From Paragordius varius (taxonomy: Eukaryota > Animalia > Nematomorpha): DNA of 64,000 nt. Below are positions 31,341 through 43,231 of the stretch, piece by piece. A model generated the notes under the pieces. It searched no databases, was not told where the DNA came from, and was given only the letters and a program-made list of their open reading frames with translations. The position numbers and the translations under genes were made by a program. Where the stretch lies: assembly GCA_964247055.1 (NCBI GenBank), contig OZ176054.1, forward strand, positions 7,564,001 to 7,628,000, given 5' to 3'. How positions within the stretch are numbered: position 1 is the first letter of the stretch; every line of letters begins with the position of its first letter.

Positions 31341-34300
31341 AAAAGTTATGGTTGATTGTTGTACATACTCACATTTTCATGGTTAATATAATTGATTGTT
31401 AAAAAGTAATGGTTGAATGTTGTACATACCCACACTATCATGGTTAATATAATTGATTGTTAAAAAGTAATGGTTGATTGTTGTACATACTCACATTTTC
31501 ATGGTTAATATACTTGATTGTTAAAAAGTAATGGTTGAATGTTGTACATACTCACACTTTCATGGTTAATATAATTGATTGTTAAAAAGTAATGGTTGAA
31601 TGTTGTACATACCCACACTATCATGGTTAATATAATTGATTGTTAAAAAGTAATGGTTGATTGTTGTACATACTCACATTTTCATGGTTAATATACTTGA
31701 TTGTTAAAAAGTAATGGTTGAATGTTGTACATACTCACATTTTCATGGTTAATATAATTGATTGTTAAAAAGTTATGGTTGAATGTTGTACATACCCACA
31801 CTATCATGGTTAATATAATTGATTGTTAAAAAGTAATGGTTGATTGTTGTACATACTCACATTTTCATGGTTAATATACTTGATTGTTAAAAAGTAATGG
31901 TTGAATGTTGTACATACTCACACTTTCATGGTTAATATAATTGATTGTTAAAAAGTAATGGTTGAATGTTGTACATACCCACACTATCATGGTTAATATA
32001 ATTGATTGTTAAAAAGTAATGGTTGATTGTTGTACATACTCACATTTTCATGGTTAATATACTTGATTGTTAAAAAGTAATGGTTGAATGTTGTACATAC
32101 TCACATTTTCATGGTTAATATAATTGATTGTTAAAAAGTTATGGTTGAATGTTGTACATACCCACACTATCATGGTTAATATAATTGATTGTTAAAAAGT
32201 AATGGTTGATTGTTGTACATACTCACATTTTCATGGTTAATATACTTGATTGTTAAAAAGTAATGGTTGAATGTTGTACATACTCACACTTTCATGGTAT
32301 TGATTGTTAAAAAGTAATGGTTGATTGTTGTACATACTCACATTTTCATGGTTAATATACTTGATTGTTAAAAAGTAATGGTTGAATGTTGTACATACTC
32401 ACACTTTCATGGTTAATATAATTGATTGTTAAAAAGTAATGGTTGAATGTTGTACATATCTACACTATCATGGTTAATATATTTGATTGTTAAAAAGTAA
32501 TGGTTGAATGTTGTACATATCTACACTATCATGGTTAATATATTTGATTGTTAAAAAGTAATGGTTGAATGTTGTACATACCCACACTATCATGGTTAAT
32601 ATATTTGATTGTTAAAAAGTAATGGTTGATTGTTGTACATACTCACATTTTCATGGTTAATATACTTGATTGTTAAAAAGTAATGGTTGAATGTTGTACA
32701 TACTCACACTTTCATGGTTAATATAATTGATTGTTAAAAAGTAATGGTTGAATGTTGTACATACCCACACTATCATGGTTAATATAATTGATTGATAAAA
32801 AGTAATGGTGAATGTTGTACATACAAACACTATCATGGTTAATATAATTTGATTGTTTAAAAGTAATGGTATAATGTTGTACATACCCACACTATCATGG
32901 TTAATATAATTGATTGTTAAAAAGTAATGGTTGAATGTTGTACATACCCACACTATCATGGTTAATATAATTGATTGATAAAAAGTAATGGTGAATGTTG
33001 TACATACAAACACTATCATGGTTAATATAATTTGATTGTTTAAAAGTAATGGTATAATGTTGTACATACCCACACTATCATGGTTAATATAATTGATTGT
33101 TAAAAAGTAATGATATAATGTTGTACATACCCACACTATCATGGTTAATATATTTGATTGTTAAAAAGTAATGGTTGAATGTTGTACATACCCACACTAT
33201 CATGGTTAATATAATTGATTGTTAAAAAGTAATGGTTGAATGTTGTACATACCCACACTATCATGGTTAATATAATTGATTGATAAAAAGTAATGGTGAA
33301 TGTTGTACATACAAACACTATCATAGTTAATATAATTTGATTGTTTAAAAGTAATGGTATAATGTTGTACATACCCACACTATCATGGTTAATATAATTG
33401 ATTGTTAAAAGTAATGATATAATGTTGTACATACCCACACTATCATGGTTATTATATTTGATTGTTAAAAAGTAATGGTTGAATGTTGTACATACCCACA
33501 CTATCATGGTTAATATATTTGATTGTTAAAAAGTAATGGTATAATGTTGTATATACCCACACTATCATGGTTGATATAATTTGATTGTTAAAAAGTAATG
33601 GTTGAATGTTGTACATACTCACACTATCATGGTTAATATATTTGATTGTTAAAAAGTAATGGTTGAATGTTGTACATACTCACACTTTCATGGTTAATAT
33701 AATTGATTGTTAAAAAGTAATGGTTTAATGTTGTATATACCCACACTATCATGGTTAATATAATTGATTGTTAAAAAGTAATGATATAATGTTGTACATA
33801 CCCACACTATCATGGTTAATATATTTGATTGTTAAAAAGTAATGGTTGAATGTTGTACATACCCACACTATCATGGTTAATATAATTGATTGATAAAAAG
33901 TAATGGTGAATGTTGTACATACAAACACTATCATGGTTAATATAATTTGATTGTTTAAAAGTAATGGTATAATGTTGTATATACCCACACTATCATGGTT
34001 GATATAATTTGATTGTTTAAAAGTAATGGTATAATGTTGTACATACAAACACGTCATGGTTAATATAATTTGATTGTTAAAAAGTAATGGTTGAATGTTG
34101 TACATACCCACACTATCATGGTTAATATAATTGATTGATAAAAAGTAATGGTGAATGTTGTACATACAAACACTATCATGGTTAATATAATTTGATTGTT
34201 TAAAAGTAATGGTATAATGTTGTATATACCCACACTATCATGGTTGATATAATTTGATTGTTTAAAAGTAATGGTATAATGTTGTACATACAAACACTAT

Positions 34301-36000
34301 CATGGTTAATATAATTTGATTGTTAAAAAGTAATGGTTGAATGTTGTACATACCCACACTATCATGGTTAATATAATTGATTGTTAAAAAGTAATGGTTG
34401 AATGTTGTACATACCCACACTATCATGGTTAATATAATTGATTGATAAAAAGTAATGGTGAATGTTGTACATACAAACACTATCATGGTTAATATAATTT
34501 GATTGTTTAAAAGTAATGGTATAATGTTGTATATACCCACACTATCATGGTTGATATAATTTGATTGTTTAAAAGTAATGGTATAATGTTGTATATACCC
34601 ACACTATCATGGTTGATATAATTTGATTGTTTAAAAGTAATGGTATAATGTTGTAAATACCCACACTATCATGGTTAATATAATTGATTGTTAAAAAGTA
34701 ATGATATAATGTTGTACATACCCACACTATCATGGTTAATATATTTGATTGTTAAAAAGTAATGGTTGAATGTTGTACATACCCACACTATCATGGTTAA
34801 TATAATTGATTGTTAAAAAGTAATGGTTGAATGTTGTACATACCCACACTATCATGGTTAATATAATTGATTGATAAAAAGTAATGGTGAATGTTGTACA
34901 TACAAACACTATCATGGTTAATATAATTTGATTGTTTAAAAGTAATGGTATAATGTTGTACATACCCACACTATCATGGTTAATATAATTGATTGTTAAA
35001 AGTAATGATATAATGTTGTACATACCCACACTATCATGGTTAATATATTTGATTGTTAAAAAGTAATGGTTGAATGTTGTACATACCCACACTATCATGG
35101 TTAATATATTTGATTGTTAAAAAGTAATGGTATAATGTTGTATATACCCACACTATCATGGTTGATATAATTTGATTGTTAAAAAGTAATGATATAATGT
35201 TGTACATACCCACACTATCATGGTTAATATATTTGATTGTTAAAAAGTAATGGTTGAATGTTGTACATACTCACACTTTCATGGTTAATATAATTGATTG
35301 TTAAAAAGTAATGGTTGAATGTTGTACATACCCACACTATCATGGTTGATATAATTTGATTGTTAAAAAGTAATGGTATAATGTTGTACATACCCACACT
35401 ATCATGGTTAATATATTTGATTGTTAAAAAGTAATGGTTGAATGTTGTACATACCCACACTATCATGGTTGATATAATTTGATTGTTAAAAAGTAATGAT
35501 ATAATGTTGTACATACCCACACTATCATGGTTAATATATTTGATTGTTAAAAAGTAATGGTTGAATGTTGTACATACCCACACTTTCATGGTTAATATAA
35601 TTGATTGTTAAAAAGTAATGGTTGAATGTTGTACATACCCACACTATCATGGTTAATATATTTGATTGTTAAAAAGTAATGGTTGAATGTTGTACATACC
35701 CACACTATCATGGTTAATATATTTGATTGTTAAAAAGTAATGGTATAATGTTGTATATACCCACACTATCATGGTTGATATAATTTGATTGTTAAAAAGT
35801 AATGGTATAATGTTGTACATGCCCACACTATCATGGTTGATATAATTTGATTGTTAAAAAGTAATGGTATAATGTTGTACATACCCACACTATCATGGTT
35901 AATATAATTGATTGTTAAAAAGTAATGGTTGAATGTTGTACATACCCACACTATCATGGTTAATATAATTGATTGTTAAAAAGTAATGATATAATGTTGT
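31341..36000. repeat. Satellite sub-blocks 7-8: short higher-order repeats (183-bp trimer; recurring 60+62-bp doublet)
   Basis: The TACTTGATT marker is at 31,511, 31,694, 31,877, 32,060 and 32,243 (exact 183-bp steps). The GGTGAATG marker is at 32,807, 32,990, 33,295, 33,905, 34,150, 34,457 and 34,886. Confidence 0.85.
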
Positions 36001-38055
36001 ACATACCCTCACTATCATGGTTAATATAATTGATTGTCAAAATGTATTGGTTGAATGCTGTACATACCCTCTTATCATCGTTTATATAATTGATTGTCAA
36101 AATGTATTGGTTGAATGTTGTACATACCCTCTTATCATCGTTAATATAATTGATTGTTAAAAATAATGGTTGTATGTTGTACATACCCTCACTATCATGG
36201 TTAATATAATTGATTGTTAAAAAGTAATGATATAATGTTGTACATACCCTCACTATCATGGTTAATATAATTGATTGTTAAAAAGTTATGGTTGAATGTT
36301 GTATATACCCACACTATCATGGTTGATATAATTTGATTGTTAAAAAGTAATGGTATAATGTTGTACATGCCCACACTATCATGGTTGATATAATTTGATT
36401 GTTAAAAAGTAATGGTTGAATGTTGTACATACCCACACTTTCATGGTTAATATAATTTGATTGTTAAAAAGTAATGGTATAATGTTGTACATACCCACAC
36501 TTTCATGGTTAATATGATTGATTGTTAAAAAGTAATGGTTGAATGTTGTAAATACCCATACTTTCGTGAAAGTTATGGTTTATTATTGTACATATAAACA
36601 CTTTCATGGTTAATATAATTGATTGTTAAAAAATAATGGTTGAATGTTGTAAATACCACACTTTCATGGTTAATACAATTGATTGTTAAAAAGTAATGGT
36701 ATAATGTTGTACATACCCACACTTTCATGGTTAATATAATTGATTGTTAAAAAGTAATGGTTGAATGTTGTAAATACCCATACTTTCGTGAAAGTTATGG
36801 TTTATTATTGTACATATAAACACTTTCATGGTTAATATAATTGATTGTTAAAAAATAATGGTTGAATGTTGTAAATACCCACACTTTCATGAAAGTTATG
36901 GTTGAATCTTGTACATACCAACACTTTCATGGTTAATATAATTGATTGTTAAAAAGTAATGGTTGAATGTTGTAAATACCCACACTTTCATGGTTAATAT
37001 AATTTATTGTTAAAAAGTAATGGTATAATGTTGTACATACCCACACTTTCATGGTTAATATAATTGATTGTTAAAAAGTAATGGTTGAATGTTGTAAATA
37101 CCCATACTTTCGTGAAAGTTATGGTTTATTATTGTACATATAAACACTTTCATGGTTAATATAATTGATTGTTAAAAAATAATGGTTGAATGTTGCAAAT
37201 ACCCACACTTTCGTGAAAGTTATGGTTGAATGTTGTACATACCAACACTTTCATCGTTAATATAATTGATTGTTAAAATGTATTGGTTGAATGTTGTACA
37301 TAGCCACACTATCATGGTTAATATAATTGATTGTTAAAATGTAATGGTTGAATGTTGTATATACCCACACTCTCATGGTTAATATAATTGATTGTCAAAA
37401 TGTATTGGTTGAATGTTGTACATACCCTCTTATCATCGTTAATATAATTGATTGTTAAAAAGTAATGGTTGTATGTTGTACATACCCTCACTATCATGGT
37501 TAATATAATTGATTGTTAAAAAGTAATGGTTGAATGTTGTACATACCCACACTTTCATGGTTAATATAATTGATTGTTAAAAAGTAATGGTTGTATGTTG
37601 TACATACCCTCACTATCATGGTTACTATAATTGATTGTTAAAAAGTTATGGATGAATGTTGTACATGCCCAGACTTTCATTATTAATGAAACTTGATAAT
37701 GTCAAAAGTTTAGGTTGAATGTTATACATACCCCCATTTCATGGTCAATATAATTTGATTGTTAAAAAGTTATGGTTGAATATTGTGCCAACACTTTTCA
37801 GGTTACTATAATTTGATTATAAAAAGTTACAATGAAATATTGTAGATACCCACACTTTTTTGGTTAAAATTTGTTTGTTTAAAATTTATGGCTGAATATT
37901 TAAATACCCAACACTCCTATGGTTAATATAATTTGATTGTTAAAAAGTTATGGTGTAATATTGTAAAACCAAACTATCATAGTTAATATAATATTATTGT
38001 TATAAAGTTTTAGCTGATTATTGATACCAACACTATTTATCATTTTAGAATTTGA
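36001..38055. repeat. Satellite outer layer: divergent, truncated and finally decayed monomers
   Basis: CCTCTTATCATCGTT and GTCAAAATGTATTGG variants, and ~40-bp truncated monomers (CTTTCGTGAAAGTTATGG at 36,561, 36,783, 37,107). From ~37,620 there are many private substitutions and indels per monomer. Confidence 0.9.
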
Positions 38056-39662
38056 TTAAACTATTCTTTCGTCTTCAAATTAATGTTAATTAAATTGTTT
38101 TTCTTCAAAAATGCACTAAAATCTTTGGAACAAACCTTTAAATTAAAATCCTGAAACGATAGAAATGTTCAGCATCATTGAGTTATAAAAAAACTGTTTT
38201 TATAATATTTTAAAGTCCCTTTAAACAACAAAATTGTGCTAAAAAATTTTTCATAAAAAGTATGCATTTTTTAAAAAATATTTTTAGTTGATACAAAATT
38301 TAGCATATATTTTATAGAGCAATCCCGTTATTTTTGCCTATATTTAAAGACGACTAGTCCATTTTAGGAGAAAAATTCAGCACTTTCGGATAACACATCT
38401 AAAAATTAAAATTTTAATGTTGTTTTGCCTTTTTTATTTAGTTTATATATTTTGGTGATATTTTTTAGGATGATAACCCACACCAAAAAATTTTATTTAA
38501 AAATGTGCGTAATTTTTACCATTTACTGATAAGGAGCACTTACCACAAAAGGTAAATAACTATCTTAGTCTCGTTTTAAAAACAAAAGACCATGATGTGA
38601 TACTTTTTCCTATCATATATTTCATCGCTTAAAACCCTGGACGCAGTGTTATACAAAAAATATTTTTTAAAAAATTAAAATTGTAAAACCATCCTATCAA
38701 ACTTTTTTGCCGCCATTTTTATCTATAATTTTTAATAAATCGCTAATGCAACAAGCAAATAAATGTATATTCTAGCTAAATATATATTATTTCAAATAGC
38801 TTTGGACTATATTTTACTAAACTTATAATATTTCTATTTAAATATCAATTTGTTTTAATCGTGTTTTAAAACTTCCCAATTTTAACTGTGGAAGTAACAA
38901 AACCCAAATGAGACAAAATTTGAAAAATTTTAGCTATATAACTTTAAAAACTTTAGTTTATAAATGAGCTGTGGGTGTAAAACTATCCTAAAACGTAAAC
39001 TAGGTCAAAAAAGTGAAAAGGGAATGAAGTGTTAACACTTCGATTTAAATTGGTATCTAAATACCCCAGATTAAATTTGAGTTAAAATTCATAAAAACTA
39101 CTGAAAGAAACGGTTCCAATAAATTTATGCCTGTATCCTAATAAAAATTATATAAATATGCCAAAATATCTAGTGTTTTGAAAAAAAAAGTTCCTTACCA
39201 AACTACTTGCCACTTTTATTTTACAAAGTTTTTGCAAAATATCCTATTCATTTAATTTAAATGGTAAAATTAAAGCTAATTTTATATTTAAATTACATCT
39301 AACAATGATAGAAATAAAAAAACGGTTTGTATTATTTTTCAATTTACCATTGCACACATGTCACGTTGCTAATTTTTTACCTTTCGGTTTTAGCTTAAAT
39401 AAAGTAATATCAACTATTTTTATATAAATTTTTTTTGTATATTTCGGTTTATTAATGTTATACAAGTACAAAATTTTTTAAAGCCTTTGATTCCCTTATA
39501 TATTTTTTAAAGAATTTAATATTAAACAGGTTTGGGGTATTTAACTACCCCATTTTGAATCGAAGAACTAAAATACATATGTTGTATCCAAGTGTTAAAA
39601 TAGCACTGTAAAATATTCACCACATTGATTTTACCACTGTGTAAAAATCATATTGGCTTCAT

Positions 39663-40479
39663 ATGGCTTGTGCCATCTCTTTGGTAGTTGATACCGTCAA
39701 AAAATCTAAAAATGTTTACTTATTTATCCCTAACATATTGGGTATATTCATAATTAACTATTTAGGATATGTTAGAATAATTTTAGCTCTATTGGCCATT
39801 TGGTATATGCAGAATGATTACAAAAAATCTATAATTTTATATGTTAGTAGCGAATTGTTGGATGCTTTGGATGGATATGCTGCTAGATTTTTCCGACAAA
39901 GTTAATTTATTTTATATTATTAGGTACACATTTTGGGGCAATGTTGGATATGTTAACTGATCGATGTTGCACATTAGTTTTATTAACTGTTTTATGCTCA
40001 TTTTACCCTAAATGGGCATTCGTATTTCAATTAAGCATAATTTTGGACATTTGTAGTCATTGGATTCATATATACAGGTAAAGTGATTATATTAAAATAT
40101 TAGTTCAAGTTTATTGGGTAAAACCCATAAAGCAATAGCACCGAGTGGTAATCGTTTCATGAAAATATATTATTCATCTCGGGTAAAATATAGTTTAATC
40201 TTAAGGTATTACTGTTTTTAATGTGTTCGGGCAATGAATTGTTTTATGCTTCTCTCTATTTACTTCATTTTGGCGGAGGTCCCTTAAGTATCTATTTTTA
40301 CAATATTTGCAGTTTTAGATGTGCCTTGTTGGTTACTTCTTATGTATATCACTTTACCAATTTGTATTGCCAAAACTCTTCTAAATATCATACAAATGTT
40401 CAAAGCATGTCAAGCGATTGTGAAATTCGATGAACAAGAACGATCTCCCCTTACCAATAATGACCAAAAACTTGATTAA
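39663..40479 (+). CDS. CDIPT: CDP-diacylglycerol--inositol 3-phosphatidyltransferase (phosphatidylinositol synthase), 6 exons, 231 aa
   Basis: Exons 39663-39741, 39766-39900, 39924-40077, 40104-40182, 40206-40287 and 40313-40479 total 696 nt with an open frame to TAA. The spliced protein has NVYLFIPNILGYVRII, the CDP-alcohol phosphotransferase motif DALDGYAARFFRQSTHFGAMLDMLTDR, LDICSHWIH, and IYYSSRVLLFLMCSGNELFYASLYLLHF. These match known PIS sequences such as human LDAFDGHAARALNQGTRFGAMLDMLTDR and LCAGNELFYCLLYLFHF. Confidence 0.97.
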
Positions 40480-40611
40480 ATAATCCTTATTTGTTGCGCA
40501 AAAATGTGACAAGCGATTTCTCACATAAACTGATGTTGCCAATATCTCTACGCTAAATTAATTTTTTTACATATAAACAAAGATACTCAACCAAAATTCA
40601 TTAATATGTAT

Positions 40612-42023
40612 TTACTTTTTTTCCATTTCCTATTGTACTAATGTACAATTTATACATGTCCTTGAAATATTGTCTTTTTATTTTCTTTTTTATAATCATG
40701 TTTATCCTTATAAGAACATCTATCTAGATTTGCAGTGTAATTCCTAAATTATTGAAAAATATGTGCAATAAATATTGTGTTATTTATTAATTCTATAATA
40801 ATATAATAATTGACTAAGTTTTGGTTTATTTTAGTTTTATAGTTTTACCTAAATTCTGTTAAAGGAAACCCTATATATGTTAAAAGTGAAAAAAGTAAAT
40901 TCATAAATAACTTGGTTTAGCTGCTGCATATCATATTGGGATTATAAAATGTATTTGCACATTTTGTCATAAATAATAAATAAAGTTGTGGGGACTAGCA
41001 ATTTATGGTGTTATTGGGCTGAATTCGAAAATACAGATATCAAATCATCCATATAAGCTTGAACAAAACAAATGAATTTTTTAACTTATATAAAGATTCG
41101 ATGCTGCCTGCGAATCAAAACCAACAAGCAGCGTGCCGTTTAAAAATAACTTGGTTTAACAAAAAATTAAGAATTTTTAAAAATTATTTAATTAACGCAT
41201 CTATTTTTAAATACGATAGAAACTAATTAATCAATTTATGGGGCCATAATATTTTTTTACCGATTGCCATGAAATGCATCCAGAAATTTTTTATTTGGAG
41301 AAAATCAAATCTCCCTAATTTGAATATGGTAAATAGATCCAAATTGGTGGTTAAGTATCCAAAATTCATCGAAAAACTTTAAAATATTTCTAAACTCATT
41401 TCTTAAAACTTGATGTTTTGAGTAATAATGCTTTTAATTCGGCAAAAAATGTATTTTTATGAATTCACCTTTAAGTGAAAATCTTATTATAAATATACGT
41501 GATGGATAGTAAATCATTTTATTTTTATGATTTGCCTTGACGCGTAAATGATTAGTGCTGGATAAAAAACTACAAATTAATGCAAATTAGTTAATAATAA
41601 GTCACTACCGGGTTGCCATGCGATCGATTTATTAAAGCGAATAATGATCATTAGTTTTTTTCATTATAGTTCATATATTGAAATCCGTTGATATAGAATT
41701 GTATGCTTAAAATAGATGCAAATAACAGAAATTCGAAGATTATTCCAAATTAATTATATTGGGAAAATGGCATTTTAAAACTAGCTATGTTGAGGCGCAT
41801 GTTTAGGTATCTTAAAGCATTCATAAAATGTTGTAAAAACATTTTTTTTCATTCGAAGACGCTAATAATATTTCCTGCCTAAGAATTTTTTGTTTTAGAT
41901 GTTGGCCAAATTTTACTTAAATATAAATAGTATTCCATACATTATATGCTGATATTAGAAAAATCACCGGCATCGAATTTGTAGTAGTTTTTACAGAATA
42001 AAATGTTTGTAAAAGCTTTAAGC
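40612..42023. repeat. Direct duplication, copy 1 (1,412 bp)
   Basis: Starts TTACTTTTTTTCCATTTCC and ends AAAAGCTTTAAGC. Both ends map to copy 2 at a constant offset of 3,707 bp. No differences were seen by eye. Confidence 0.95.
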
Positions 42024-42528
42024 CAGTGATACTCAAACCGCGGCCCGCGGGCCGCATGCGGCCCTAAGAGTGCTTTAAAATTGCCCTATGACCATATTGA
42101 TACTAAAATTATTTTTTTTATTGATGAAATTTAAAATACACATAATCGGATTTTCGCTTATTTCAATATTAATTTATTTTATTTAGATTTAATTTTGGTA
42201 ATTTTAATTTTTACCCAATTTGAAATGTAAACAAATTTCCCTACGTTAAAATGATTTCAAAATTTTGGAATACGTTGTTTTTGTTTCTGCATTCTATTTT
42301 CTTTTTTTAGTTTTGAAATTATTACACTCCTTTTTTGTATTTAAGCAATTTCATCCAAACTTGCATATATATATTCTTTTCATTGCTATCCTGCATGATT
42401 TTTTATAACTCATTTCCATAAATATTTTCAAATCAACATCATTAAATTTCGACCTATTTTTTAATAGCATTCAAATCATTTTCTTTTTTTGAAAAAATTT
42501 ACATAATATTTAAACATAAATTCAAAGG

Positions 42529-43200
42529 ATGACATCTAATGCTGAAAAACGTAAATTATCCAATGAAAATCGCATCTTTTAAAGAGAATGGGAAGAAAAA
42601 TTCTTTGTCGTTTTAATTAAAATTTTAGCCTCATATGTAAGGACAATATAATTAAAATACAATATTGAAAGACATTTTACAATCCATCATTCTCACAAAC
42701 CAGAAAATCACGAGGAAAGAAACGAAAAATACTAAAAATTAAGGAATTATACCAGGAAGAAAAATCTACTATGTCCATAGCTTCCTCCCAGGAAAGAGCT
42801 GTAACATTAGCTTCGTATGTAATTTGCTATATTTTTGGAAAAAATATAAAACCGTTTACTGATTGCCAATTAATAAAAGAAAGTATAATAAATGGTTGCT
42901 TTTTTTTATTTGATAAATTCCATAGTAAAGATCAAATCATGAGGCTAATTAAAAATCTTCAACTTTCTGATTCAACATGTGCTCGACGCATTATCTAAAT
43001 ATATTTATTGGCTTTGAAAAACTACAAATATTTTAGTATTACTATTGATTGAGCACTGATATTAGTTCAGCTCCTCAGTGTGCGCTCTTATGAGATTTTG
43101 CAACGACAACATATCAACTGGGAATATTTAAAACTTTTACCAATATATAATACCACTAAAGAGAATGATTTTCTCGAATAATTAGCACTTTTTTCGATAA

Positions 43201-43231
<31 letters not shown>

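Larger units (their letters stand above)
1..38055. repeat. Tandem satellite array, 61-bp (type A) and 62-bp (type B) monomers, about 620 copies, open at the left window edge
   Basis: Type A consensus AAAAGTAATGGTTGAATGTTGTACATACCCACACTATCATGGTTAATATAATTGATTGTTA shifts 1 base per 60-nt line (61 bp). Type B (...ATAATTCAATTGTTATAAAGTTATGG...) shifts 2 bases per line (62 bp). All monomers are head-to-tail in one orientation. The last recognisable monomers are at ~37,920-38,055. Confidence 0.99.

Noticed and set aside
7042-36259. All - strand ORFs in the satellite (MLTMIVWLCTT..., MIVWVCTT...)
   Set aside because: They are translations of the 61/62-bp monomer in stop-poor frames. The peptide period (20-21 or 61 aa) equals the DNA period, and there is no independent coding signal.
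1-38055. CRISPR array or an information-storing repeat-spacer system
   Set aside because: There are no unique spacers. The variable parts are a few recurring point variants, the context is eukaryotic (spliceosomal genes) and no cas genes are present.
1-38055. SOX-like ATTGTT and homeodomain-like TAATTG in almost every monomer, next to an HMG-box gene
   Set aside because: These are short AT-rich words expected by chance in one 61-mer. The TCF site CTTTGAT is absent (the closest variant is ATTTGAT), so no link to the neighbouring gene is supported.
39026-39041. Perfect 16-bp palindrome GAAGTGTTAACACTTC
   Set aside because: One or two such palindromes are expected by chance in this much AT-rich sequence, and nothing else supports a function.
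40221-40433. Track ORFs 39663-39905 and 40221-40433 as complete proteins
   Set aside because: Each is part of PIS read through a micro-intron into intronic or out-of-frame sequence.
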